32,000 bases of DNA from positions 1,230,001 to 1,262,000 of the forward strand of contig OW818675.1 in the NCBI GenBank assembly GCA_942493095.1, in the 5' to 3' direction. The position numbers and the translations under genes were made by a program. This document shows, in pieces, positions 16,856 to 24,075 of this stretch (position 1 is the stretch's first letter; each line of letters begins with the position of its first letter). The DNA is from Candidatus Electronema halotolerans. Its GTDB lineage: Bacteria > Desulfobacterota > Desulfobulbia > Desulfobulbales > Desulfobulbaceae. Below the pieces are notes generated by a model. The model was not told where the DNA came from and searched no databases. It worked only from the letters and a program-made list of their open reading frames with translations.

Positions 16856-17209
16856 TTAGTAGCTATAGCCTCTGTATTCATACCCATTGTTATTGTTGTA
16901 GTAAGGTGTTCCGGGCGTTCTTGGCGTTCCGGGCACTCCATAAGCTCCTGGTGCTCCATAAGCTCCGGGCACTCCATAAGCACCGGGTGTTCCATAAGCA
17001 CCGCGATATTCGTAGCGGCTGCCGCGATAACCATAACTTCCATTATTGTAGTACGTTCCTGGATAAGCACCGCGATATTCATAGCGGCTGCCGTAGCCAT
17101 AGCCGCGTTCATAGCCGCTGCCATATCCGCCGCTGCCTTGGGCAGTTGCGAAAAGTGCCAGTACGAGGAATGATCCGGCCAAGGCGATAGCTGCTGTTGT
17201 CTTTTTCAC
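16856..17209 (-). CDS. secreted Gly/Tyr-rich low-complexity protein, copy 2 (identical protein)
   Basis: Same as copy 1. The two CDS differ at two positions, both synonymous (CAG/CAA Gln, TAC/TAT Tyr). Confidence 0.75.
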   Translation of the reverse strand: MKKTTAAIALAGSFLVLALFATAQGSGGYGSGYERGYGYGSRYEYRGAYPGTYYNNGSYGYRGSRYEYRGAYGTPGAYGVPGAYGAPGAYGVPGTPRTPGTPYYNNNNGYEYRGYSY

Positions 17210-17684
17210 GAGGAATCCTCCTTTTGTGGGTTAAAGAGAGCGAATTGCTCTTGTTTATAATTATAAGATAGCAAAGAAAAGATTAACGGAAGATTAACTA
17301 TAATAACTATAATAATGGTTCGATAATTTTTTTTTTGTATCGGATAGCTGCCAGACACTAACTGTTTAAAATTGTTACAACTGATCAGTTTTCAGTTGCT
17401 TTGATTAACATGTTGAAATTGCTAAATTAAAAGTTATCCACAGAACCATTGTATAAAACTTTTTTAGCAGTTTCAGGCATCGCGGCGATGCGGCGGGTGA
17501 GCTTTGTGTTGCCAGCGACTTCGTCAAGCACTGCGATTATTCCCTCTCTTTCCTGCTCCCCCACATGCCTCATCTGCCCTCACCTCGATCATACGTTTGA
17601 GATTTCCTCAACATACGTTCCACCCTGCCGCCGCACCTCATCCGCCGCCCGCCTACAGCATTTTGCAATAGCTGCCTCTTTTTC

Positions 17685-17713
17685 TTGACAATCAGACAGG
17701 TACTCCGTATGCT
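17685..17713 (+). promoter_or_regulatory. sigma70-type promoter module C (TTGACA-17-TATGCT)
   Basis: TTGACA at 17685-17690 and TATGCT at 17708-17713. It points into the SPFH remnant and the MTHFR gene. Confidence 0.4.
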
Positions 17714-17727
17714 GCCTGATTGTTGCC

Positions 17728-18030
17728 GAAACCAAGAAGGTCAAGGCCATCATCCAAGTTGAGGAGGAACGGGAGGTGGAGAAAATTAACAGGGCCACGA
17801 AGGAGTTCTTTGCTCAGGGCGCGGCTAAAAAAATTCAGATCAGGGCCGACGCAAACCTGTATCAGCAAGAAAAAGATGCTGAAGGCATCTTGGCAGCGGC
17901 ATTGAGAAAATCTATTACATCCCCTCTGACATGAGCATCAACGCCATTGCCAAGGACTTTGAGAACGCCATCACCGTCGGCCTGCCAGAGCGGCAAGGCG
18001 GCGGCCCAGACTCAGACTCAGCCATAACTG
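17728..18030 (+). pseudogene. orphan, decayed copy of the SPFH gene 3' end
   Basis: ETKKVKAIIQVEEEREVEKINRATKEFFAQGAAKKIQIRADANLYQQEKDAEGILA aligns with residues from ETKKVKAIILAEEEREVEEINVAKKEF of the intact gene (nt 14967 onward). An out-of-frame deletion of about 100 nt is present (relative to about 15134-15236). The tail IEKIYYIPSDMSINAIAKDFENAITVGLPERQ is still recognisable in a shifted frame. No start codon. Confidence 0.75.
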
Positions 18031-18033
18031 ATC

Positions 18034-19506
18034 ATGCTCCGAACTTCGCTGAACACGCCGCAGGAATTCACCATCACTTATGAGCTGGTGCCGGGTCAGG
18101 GCTGCGGCGGCAAGCGGCTGGACCGGCTCCTCGACTTCTCCCGCAAGATCAAGGAAGATGGGCGAATCAAGGCCCTGTCGATCACTGACAATCCGGGCGG
18201 CAATCCTGCCTTGGCTCCCTCAGCCATTGGCGAGGAACTGCTGCGCATAGGCATTGAGCCGCTTATCCACTTTTCATTGAAGGACAAGAACCGGAGCCAG
18301 ATATTCAGTCATATCTACCTCTATCAGCGGCTGGGCCTGCATTCGTTGCTGGTGCTGGGCGGCGACTTTCCCAAGCGCGGGTATTACGGGCAGGCCCGGC
18401 CTGTCTATGACTTGGACAGCATCCAGACCCTCCAGCTCATGCACGAAATGGAGACCGGGGTCTATCCTGAGCCGAACGGCGACAGTCCGCCGCCCCGGCT
18501 CTTCAAGGGCTGCGTGGTCTCGCCCTTTAAGCAGACCGAGGCCGAGCAGGTCTGGCAGTATGCCAAGCTCCTGCACAAGGTGCGGGCCGGTGCTGACTTC
18601 ATCATCAGTCAGCTCGGCTTTGATCTGAGCAAATTCCGCGAGCTGATGCGCTTTCTGCACCAGCACAACATCAAGCTGCCGGTACTGGCCAACATCTTTA
18701 TTCCCTCGCTGCCCGTGGCGCGGGCTATGGCCGCAGGCCGGGTGCCGGGTGTGCTGCTTGCGGAAACCTTAGTCAAGGAGATGGAAGCTGAGGAGGCAGA
18801 TGGACGGCTTGAGCAGGCCCGTCTTGACCGGGCCGCCTTCATGATTGCTTGGGCCAAGCGGTGCGGCTGTCAAGGCGTGCATCTGGGCGGCAACAAGCTG
18901 CGTTTCCGTGATGTTCAAACTGTTTTGAACAAGTTCGAGGAATTGGACCATCTGCCAGAGCTGCCAGAGACAGGGAATGATTATCCTCTGTCAAAAACGT
19001 GGTATTTTTATCAGGCAGGCGGGATTGAAGAAACACCGCTGCAACCGGGCCAACGGCAGGGCACAGTCTGGCTCTCAGCTCTCAGTCATCCCTTATTCTT
19101 TGAGCAGCGCAATCTGAGTAGCAGGCTCTTTGCCCGCTTCTGCCTCTTCTGCGCCCAGGGCAAAGGCCGCACCGCTGCCCTGACCTTGCTGGAGCGGGCA
19201 ATCAAGCGGCTGCTTTTCACCTGCCGGATGTGCGGCGATTGCACCTTGTCGCGATCCGCCTATCTTTGCCCGCAGTCAGGCTGTCCCAAACAGCTGATCA
19301 ATGGCCCCTGCGGCGGCAGCCGCTTTGGTTTCTGCGAAGTCCATCCTCAACGCCGCTGCTTCTGGGTCCGGGTTTATGAGCGGCTTGATCCTCAGACCAC
19401 ACTGGCTGATTTGGCTGCGCTGCCGCACCTGCCGCCCAAGGACTGGGCCTTGGACAAAACCTCCTCGTGGATCAACTATTTCAGAAGCAAGCCAAGTGCT
19501 GTCTGA
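18034..19506 (+). CDS. metF: methylenetetrahydrofolate reductase fused to a C-terminal Cys-rich MetV-like (MTHFR_C) domain
   Basis: The N-terminal 300 aa are MTHFR-like (ELVPGQG...ALSITDNPGGNPAL...LLVLGGD). The C-terminus CRMCGDCTLSRSAYLCPQSGCPKQLINGPCGG matches the zinc-ribbon domain of MetV-type subunits. Confidence 0.8.
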   Translation: MLRTSLNTPQEFTITYELVPGQGCGGKRLDRLLDFSRKIKEDGRIKALSITDNPGGNPALAPSAIGEELLRIGIEPLIHFSLKDKNRSQIFSHIYLYQRLGLHSLLVLGGDFPKRGYYGQARPVYDLDSIQTLQLMHEMETGVYPEPNGDSPPPRLFKGCVVSPFKQTEAEQVWQYAKLLHKVRAGADFIISQLGFDLSKFRELMRFLHQHNIKLPVLANIFIPSLPVARAMAAGRVPGVLLAETLVKEMEAEEADGRLEQARLDRAAFMIAWAKRCGCQGVHLGGNKLRFRDVQTVLNKFEELDHLPELPETGNDYPLSKTWYFYQAGGIEETPLQPGQRQGTVWLSALSHPLFFEQRNLSSRLFARFCLFCAQGKGRTAALTLLERAIKRLLFTCRMCGDCTLSRSAYLCPQSGCPKQLINGPCGGSRFGFCEVHPQRRCFWVRVYERLDPQTTLADLAALPHLPPKDWALDKTSSWINYFRSKPSAV

Positions 19507-19729
19507 GTCCGGCCCAGCGGTCGCCACTTGCCATTCTTGAATGGTTAGGCGCAATTTTGTCGATTTCCCTGCCATTTTAAGCAGCCCGTTGCTTGCTGCC
19601 AAACGTCCCTGCGGCTGAATTATTTTTTATCACCATTTATTATCTCGTGTAAAATCAAGGCTTCTTGCCGCAATCGCCTAACAGCGGCAGGACTGGCTCT
19701 TGTTTTGCATTGCACAAAGCAGTCGGCTG

Positions 19730-19760
19730 CGTTATACCGTTATGTCAAAATATCATAACG
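19730..19760. promoter_or_regulatory. ModE-box-like operator (CGTTAT repeated, with inverted ATAACG)
   Basis: CGTTATAC CGTTAT-N11-ATAACG, about 110 nt upstream of modE. It resembles the E. coli modA operator half-sites (CGTTAT...ATAACG) as I remember them. Confidence 0.4.
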
Positions 19761-19871
19761 CAGGCGGACAGCACACTGGATGGGCTGTTGCGGGAAAGAT
19801 GATCAGCTAACTGGCTGAGAAGCGCAGCCAGCATGCGCAGGGAATTTTGTCAGAGCTTCCAAGAGAAAACT

Positions 19872-20657
19872 ATGTCAGAACCCATTGACCTGCTCTACGA
19901 ACTCATCGGCTGGTCCGGCAGCAGTCCGACTGTCCGGCTTCTTCAGGCGTTGGAGCAAACCGGTTCAATCAACAGGGCTGCCCAATCCATAGGCATGCAA
20001 TACAGAACTGCTTGGCAGAAGATTTGTCATCTCAACAATTTGTTATCTTACCCCCTCTTGACGAGGCAAACCGGAGGCAGCGGCGGCGGCGGCTCTGTGT
20101 TCACTGAAGAAGGCAGGAAACTGCTCAACCGAATTAAATTGCTGCAACGCGAATTTAAGCAGTTTAAACAGCTGGCTGCGGACGATCCGCAGGAGGCTCT
20201 GGATATCATCAAAACACTCAGGAGAATGGAAATGAAACTCAGTGCCCGGAATGTATGGTTTGGAGTGGTGGCAGGCATTGATCATGGCGCAGTGAACAGC
20301 GTAGTTTCTGTGCAGCTCAAGGGCAATGACAACATCACTTCCATGATAACCGACAGCTCTGTAAAACGATTGGCTCTTGCGCCGGGGAAAGAAGTGATGG
20401 CGATTGTCAAAGCCTCCAATGTCATGCTTGGCTGCGACATGGATTTCACTAAAATTTCCGCCCGAAACATCCTTACTGGAACTGTCAGCAACATTGTCTC
20501 TGGTGTGGTTAATGATGAAATAACTATTGAACTGCCTGGTGGCAGCACAGTCACCTCAATCATCACCTCAGCCAGCGTCAAGAGACTGAGTATAACGGTC
20601 GGTAAAGCAGTTTCCGCAATTATCAAGGCATCGGATGTGCTGCTGGCTGTAGCCTGA
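19872..20657 (+). CDS. modE: molybdate-responsive regulator ModE (HTH plus two Mop/TOBE domains)
   Basis: The N-terminus has TGSINRAAQSIGMQYRTAWQKI...GGSGGGGSVFTEEG, the ModE signature. Two TOBE repeats follow (SARNVWFGVV...KASNVML and SARNILTGTV...KASDVLL). Start is uncertain: 19833 is in frame upstream. Confidence 0.85.
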   Translation: MSEPIDLLYELIGWSGSSPTVRLLQALEQTGSINRAAQSIGMQYRTAWQKICHLNNLLSYPLLTRQTGGSGGGGSVFTEEGRKLLNRIKLLQREFKQFKQLAADDPQEALDIIKTLRRMEMKLSARNVWFGVVAGIDHGAVNSVVSVQLKGNDNITSMITDSSVKRLALAPGKEVMAIVKASNVMLGCDMDFTKISARNILTGTVSNIVSGVVNDEITIELPGGSTVTSIITSASVKRLSITVGKAVSAIIKASDVLLAVA

Positions 20658-20678
20658 TGTAACCAAAGGAGAGAGGAG

Positions 20679-22007
20679 ATGAAGAAGAAAATGCTGTCCG
20701 CAGGAGGAATGTTGCTGCTTTTTGCCGCTGCCGTCTCTGCCGCAGAGACAGGCCGGAAAACAGAACTTGCCGTGCAAATCCGGCAGCGGCTGGAATCGCT
20801 GGAAAACTTCAACGACAAATTTTACGGCACAGAACCCAAGCTCGGTGACTCATCCGACACCTATCTGCTCAGTCGCCTGCGCGTGGGCCTGACCCATCAA
20901 TTCAACCAATATTTCGTCGGCAAGATCAGCTTGCAGGACAGCCGTGTCTTTGGCTGGGCCTTTGACGACCAGGACTGGGTGAACAGCGAGTTCAGCGGCA
21001 TGGAAAACAATCCCCAGAGCGACCCGCTGGAGCTGGGAGAAACTTGGCTGCAATACACGCAGGGCGGACTGAGTGCCAAGGCGGGCCGTCAGTCGATCAG
21101 TTATGGCAACAACCGGGTTTTCGGGCCGGGCGAGTGGAAGAATTCCGGCAAATGGGTCTGGGATGCAGTCAAGGCGAGCTATGCCTGCAACAAGAACTGG
21201 GCAGAAGTCTTTTACGGCGAAACCATGCTCCATGAGCCGGATGTCTTCAGTTTGGATCATCGGCACGGCTATGTTGGCGCAGGACTGTACGGCCATGTTC
21301 AGGCGACAGATTTTCTCGCTGTCGAGCCGATTGCCGCCAGCAAGAACAATGATGAAAGCGACGACTATGCGGAAAAGGAGCTGTATTACTACGGCGCACG
21401 GCTGCTGCTGGAGCTGGACAGCTTCACTGCGGACGGCACGTATATGCAGCAGACTGGCGACATCACAGCTGAGAATGGCGGAACGACAGACTCTGATGCC
21501 TATGGCTGGAATCTTGATCTGGAATACCGCTTTCATCCACAATGGGCAATTGGCAGCACGGTCAGTTTTGCGACTGGCGACGACAAAGACACGCCTGACA
21601 ACGAACGCTTTGATGCCGTCTATGGCGCATCAGACAAGTATTACGGCCTGATGAACTTCATGGCTTGGTCAAATATGCTTGATTACGGCCTGCTGCTCAA
21701 ATTCCAGCCCCAGAAAAAACTGCAAGTGATGGCGGAATATCACCAGTTTTATGCGGATCGGATCAATGACAAATGGAAGAGCTACAAGAGCGGCCTGCAA
21801 ACCGAAAGCGACCATTACGGCAATGAGATTGATCTGGCCGTCAAATGGAATCTCAACAAGACGTGGAAGTTTTATGCCGGGGCTGGCATTTTCATGCCCG
21901 GCGATGCGATTGAGGAGGCTGTCGCTGCTGGGCAGGATTTCATCACTGACGACACCGCTTACTCTGGTTTCTTGCAAATAACCTATTCCTTCAGCCATGT
22001 TTTGTAA
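20679..22007 (+). CDS. outer-membrane beta-barrel porin, alginate-export-like family
   Basis: Strong RBS AAAGGAGAGAGGAG. Signal peptide ending AAVSAAE. An alternating aromatic/polar beta-strand pattern runs to the C-terminal FLQITYSF. The family call is tentative. Confidence 0.65.
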   Translation: MKKKMLSAGGMLLLFAAAVSAAETGRKTELAVQIRQRLESLENFNDKFYGTEPKLGDSSDTYLLSRLRVGLTHQFNQYFVGKISLQDSRVFGWAFDDQDWVNSEFSGMENNPQSDPLELGETWLQYTQGGLSAKAGRQSISYGNNRVFGPGEWKNSGKWVWDAVKASYACNKNWAEVFYGETMLHEPDVFSLDHRHGYVGAGLYGHVQATDFLAVEPIAASKNNDESDDYAEKELYYYGARLLLELDSFTADGTYMQQTGDITAENGGTTDSDAYGWNLDLEYRFHPQWAIGSTVSFATGDDKDTPDNERFDAVYGASDKYYGLMNFMAWSNMLDYGLLLKFQPQKKLQVMAEYHQFYADRINDKWKSYKSGLQTESDHYGNEIDLAVKWNLNKTWKFYAGAGIFMPGDAIEEAVAAGQDFITDDTAYSGFLQITYSFSHVL

Positions 22008-22008
22008 A

Positions 22009-22728
22009 ATGAAACGATCCTTTGCTGTGGCTCTTGTTTTCACTCTTCTGGCCATATCTTCTGCGCAGGCGGGCGAGCTGCGTCTGCTTTCCGCCGGAGG
22101 CTACAAGAAATCAATGCAGGCCGTCCTTGCCGCCTATAAAGAGCAGACCGGCCAGCAGGCTGAGGTGGGTTATGGCAACATGCGTCAGGTTCTTTCGCAG
22201 GCCAAGCTGACCGGCCAAGCGGCCTTGGTGATAGGTGACGAGAAGTTTCTCCGGCAGGAAAACATCTTTGCCAGTTTCCAACCAATCGGCGAGGGCAAGC
22301 TGGTGCTGGCTTGGGCGCAGGGCAGTCCGGCAATCAGCAAGCCAGAAGACCTGCTCCGGCCAGAAGTGGCCCGCATTGCCCACCCGGACAAAAGCAAGGC
22401 CATTTTTGGCAGGGCGGCAACAGAATGGCTGCGCAGCCAGCAGCTTGACCAGAAGCTGCAAGCCAAGCTGATTCAGGCGGCCACAGTGCCGCAGGTTTCC
22501 TCCTATCTGGTGGCCAAAGAAGTGGATGCCGGTTTCATCAGCATGACCGATGCCATTGGTTTGGGCGGCAAGCTCGGCGGCTACCTGCCGCTGCCTTCGG
22601 GTTATGAAAAAATTGTCATTGTCGCCGGAAGCATCAAAGGACACGAGAACGATGCGGCGGCCAAAGATTTCCTAGCCTTCCTGACCGGGCCGCAGGCACG
22701 GCGCATCTTCAAGGAGCATGGCATGTGA
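22009..22728 (+). CDS. modA: molybdate/tungstate ABC transporter periplasmic binding protein
   Basis: I chose ATG 22009, just after the porin stop. Signal peptide MKRSFAVALVFTLLAISSAQA. The body resembles ModA-type binding proteins (LSAGGYKKSMQAVLAAYKEQTG...YGNMRQVLSQ). Confidence 0.78.
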   Translation: MKRSFAVALVFTLLAISSAQAGELRLLSAGGYKKSMQAVLAAYKEQTGQQAEVGYGNMRQVLSQAKLTGQAALVIGDEKFLRQENIFASFQPIGEGKLVLAWAQGSPAISKPEDLLRPEVARIAHPDKSKAIFGRAATEWLRSQQLDQKLQAKLIQAATVPQVSSYLVAKEVDAGFISMTDAIGLGGKLGGYLPLPSGYEKIVIVAGSIKGHENDAAAKDFLAFLTGPQARRIFKEHGM

Positions 22729-23411
22729 GCTGCGCAGACTGGACACTGGCAGGCTGCGGCCTGACACCGCTTTGGATCAGCCTGCGGGTTCTGCTGGGCA
22801 GCGCGATCCTGCTGCTTGTCGCCGGGCTGCCCTTGGCCATGCTCCTGAGCCGACCCGGCTGGCGGGGACGGATGCTGCTGGAAATCGTTGTCACTCTACC
22901 GTTGATCTTTCCGCCAGTGGCCATCGGCTTCTTCTTTCTCTTAGCCTTGGGCCGCAAAGGCTGGATCAACCGTCTGCTGCCGCCAGAGCAGACTTTGGAA
23001 ATCATTTTCTCCTTTCAAGCCCTGCTGCTCGCCAGTGTGCTGGCCGGGCTGCCTCTGATGGTCAAACCGGTGCAGGCGGCCTTGGAAAAGGAAACTCGTC
23101 CGCTGGTCGAGGCGGCCTACAGCTTGGGCAAAAACCGCTGGCAGACGTTCTGGCATGTCACCCTGCCCGGCATCAGTCGGGCCGTGGCAGCCGGACTGAC
23201 GCTCGGCTTGGGCAGGGGCATGGGCGAGGTCGGCATGAGCCTGATGCTGGGCGGCAATCTGATCGGCAAGACCGAAACCCTGTCCTTGGCCATTTACAAC
23301 GCAGTCTTGGACGGCAACTTTCACTGCGCCATGATTTATGCGTGGATTCTGGCCGGACTGGCCCTGCTGCTCTTTGCCGGGCTGCGCTGGTTCGGAGGAC
23401 GGACAGGCTGA
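22725..23411 (+). CDS. modB: molybdate ABC transporter permease
   Basis: ATGTGA overlap with modA. Polytopic. The EAA loop is EAAYSLGKNRWQTFWHVTLPG. Confidence 0.88.
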   Translation: MSCADWTLAGCGLTPLWISLRVLLGSAILLLVAGLPLAMLLSRPGWRGRMLLEIVVTLPLIFPPVAIGFFFLLALGRKGWINRLLPPEQTLEIIFSFQALLLASVLAGLPLMVKPVQAALEKETRPLVEAAYSLGKNRWQTFWHVTLPGISRAVAAGLTLGLGRGMGEVGMSLMLGGNLIGKTETLSLAIYNAVLDGNFHCAMIYAWILAGLALLLFAGLRWFGGRTG

Positions 23412-23436
23412 ATTATGCTGAGGCGGCAGGCTGGTT

Positions 23437-23465
23437 GTTGACAAACTGTAGCTTGCACGCTACAA
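23437..23465 (+). promoter_or_regulatory. TA-module promoter (TTGACA-17-TACAAA) with an embedded inverted repeat GTAGC-N6-GCTAC
   Basis: TTGACA at 23437-23442 and TACAAA at 23460-23465. The toxin ATG at 23473 lies only about 7 nt past the -10 element, so the mRNA may be near-leaderless. The inverted repeat is at 23447-23462. Confidence 0.45.
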
Positions 23466-23472
23466 AATATTC

Positions 23473-23784
23473 ATGATCTACGCAATAGAAACCACTGGGG
23501 CATTCGATGGCTGGCTGAAAAAGCTGCGGGACCGTAAAGCCGTTCTTGCTGTTCTCAATCGTCTCGACCGAGCCAAGCTGGGTAATTTTGGCGATGTCAA
23601 ACCAGTCGGAAACGGCATCAGCGAAATGCGGATATTCGTCGGGCCGGGCTATCGTGTCTATTACGTCATCCGTGATGAACGGATAATCCTTCTGCTTTGC
23701 GGTGGCGACAAATCGACTCAAACACGGGATATAGCAAAGGCAAAAGAGATGCTGAAGCACATGGGAGAAGATCATGGCGATTGA
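23473..23784 (+). CDS. addiction-module killer protein (RelE/ParE superfamily, HigB-like)
   Basis: FDGWLKKLRDRKAVLAVLNRLDRAKLGNFGDVKPVGNGISEMRIFVGPGYRVYYVIRDERIILLLCGGDKSTQTRDI is the canonical pattern of this family. Confidence 0.85.
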   Translation: MIYAIETTGAFDGWLKKLRDRKAVLAVLNRLDRAKLGNFGDVKPVGNGISEMRIFVGPGYRVYYVIRDERIILLLCGGDKSTQTRDIAKAKEMLKHMGEDHGD

Positions 23785-24052
23785 AATAAAAGACTACAAT
23801 CCGTTCGACTATCTGGAGACAAAAGAAGAGATCAGCGAATATCTCAACAATGCGTATCTTGACGATGATCCAAGAGTATTTCTTGTGGCACTTGGATATT
23901 TGGCAAAGAAACAGGGAATGAGCGAAGTCGCTAAAAAAGCTGGCCTGAACAGGGAAAGTTTATACAAGGCTCTTGCTGGAGATGGCAATCCGAGATTTTC
24001 CACGGTGAGCAAAGTGATCAAGGCTCTTGGTTGCAAGCTGGCAATTGCGTGA
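23774..24052 (+). CDS. addiction-module antidote protein (HigA-like HTH)
   Basis: DPRVFLVALGYLAKKQGMSEVAKKAGLNRESLYKALAGDGNPRFSTVSKVIKALG is the canonical pattern. It overlaps the toxin gene by 11 nt. Confidence 0.85.
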   Translation: MAIEIKDYNPFDYLETKEEISEYLNNAYLDDDPRVFLVALGYLAKKQGMSEVAKKAGLNRESLYKALAGDGNPRFSTVSKVIKALGCKLAIA

Positions 24053-24075
24053 ATATTTTTCTGGAGGAAGTTGCA

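Larger units (their letters stand above)
16259..17302. repeat. tandem direct duplication, 535-bp period (16259-16767 and 16794-17302)
   Basis: Near-identical copies cover the 3' flank, CDS, RBS and most of the promoter region of the Gly/Tyr-rich gene. About 26 unique bp lie between the copies. Confidence 0.9.

Noticed and set aside
16318-17190. Plus-strand and alternative-frame ORFs across the Gly/Tyr-rich genes (88-106 aa each)
   Set aside because: These are frame shadows of the repetitive GGN/TAY coding sequence. Only the minus-strand 117-aa frame has an RBS, a signal peptide, and exclusively synonymous differences between the two copies.
17281-17345. ATAACTATAATA x2 direct repeat and a T10 run flanked by CGATA/TATCG
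   Set aside because: This is probably just AT-rich upstream (UP-element-like) DNA of Gly/Tyr-rich gene copy 2. There is no further structure to support a feature call.
17427-17573. 48-aa minus-strand ORF (MRHVGEQEREGIIAVLDEVAGNTKLTRRIAAMPETAKKVLYNGSVDNF), faintly like the Fis-type HTH tail of a sigma54 activator
   Set aside because: The ORF is too short, a stop codon lies immediately upstream, there is no RBS, and the similarity is weak. At most it is a decayed remnant.
17449-17688. 79-aa plus-strand ORF
   Set aside because: The sequence is low-complexity Ser/Cys/Pro-rich, there is no RBS, and it spans promoter-like DNA.
19507-19832. Looked for a Moco riboswitch or small gene between the MTHFR gene and modE
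   Set aside because: I saw no conserved Moco-riboswitch-like core and no convincing ORF. Only short inverted repeats and the ModE-box-like site are present.
20282-22644. Minus-strand ORFs of 178, 230, 128 and 177 aa
   Set aside because: They are antisense shadows of modE, the porin gene and modA.
22718-23476. 252-aa alternative frame over modB
   Set aside because: It is Arg/Gly/Ala-rich and non-hydrophobic. The 22725 frame encodes a typical permease with an EAA loop and is coupled to modA.
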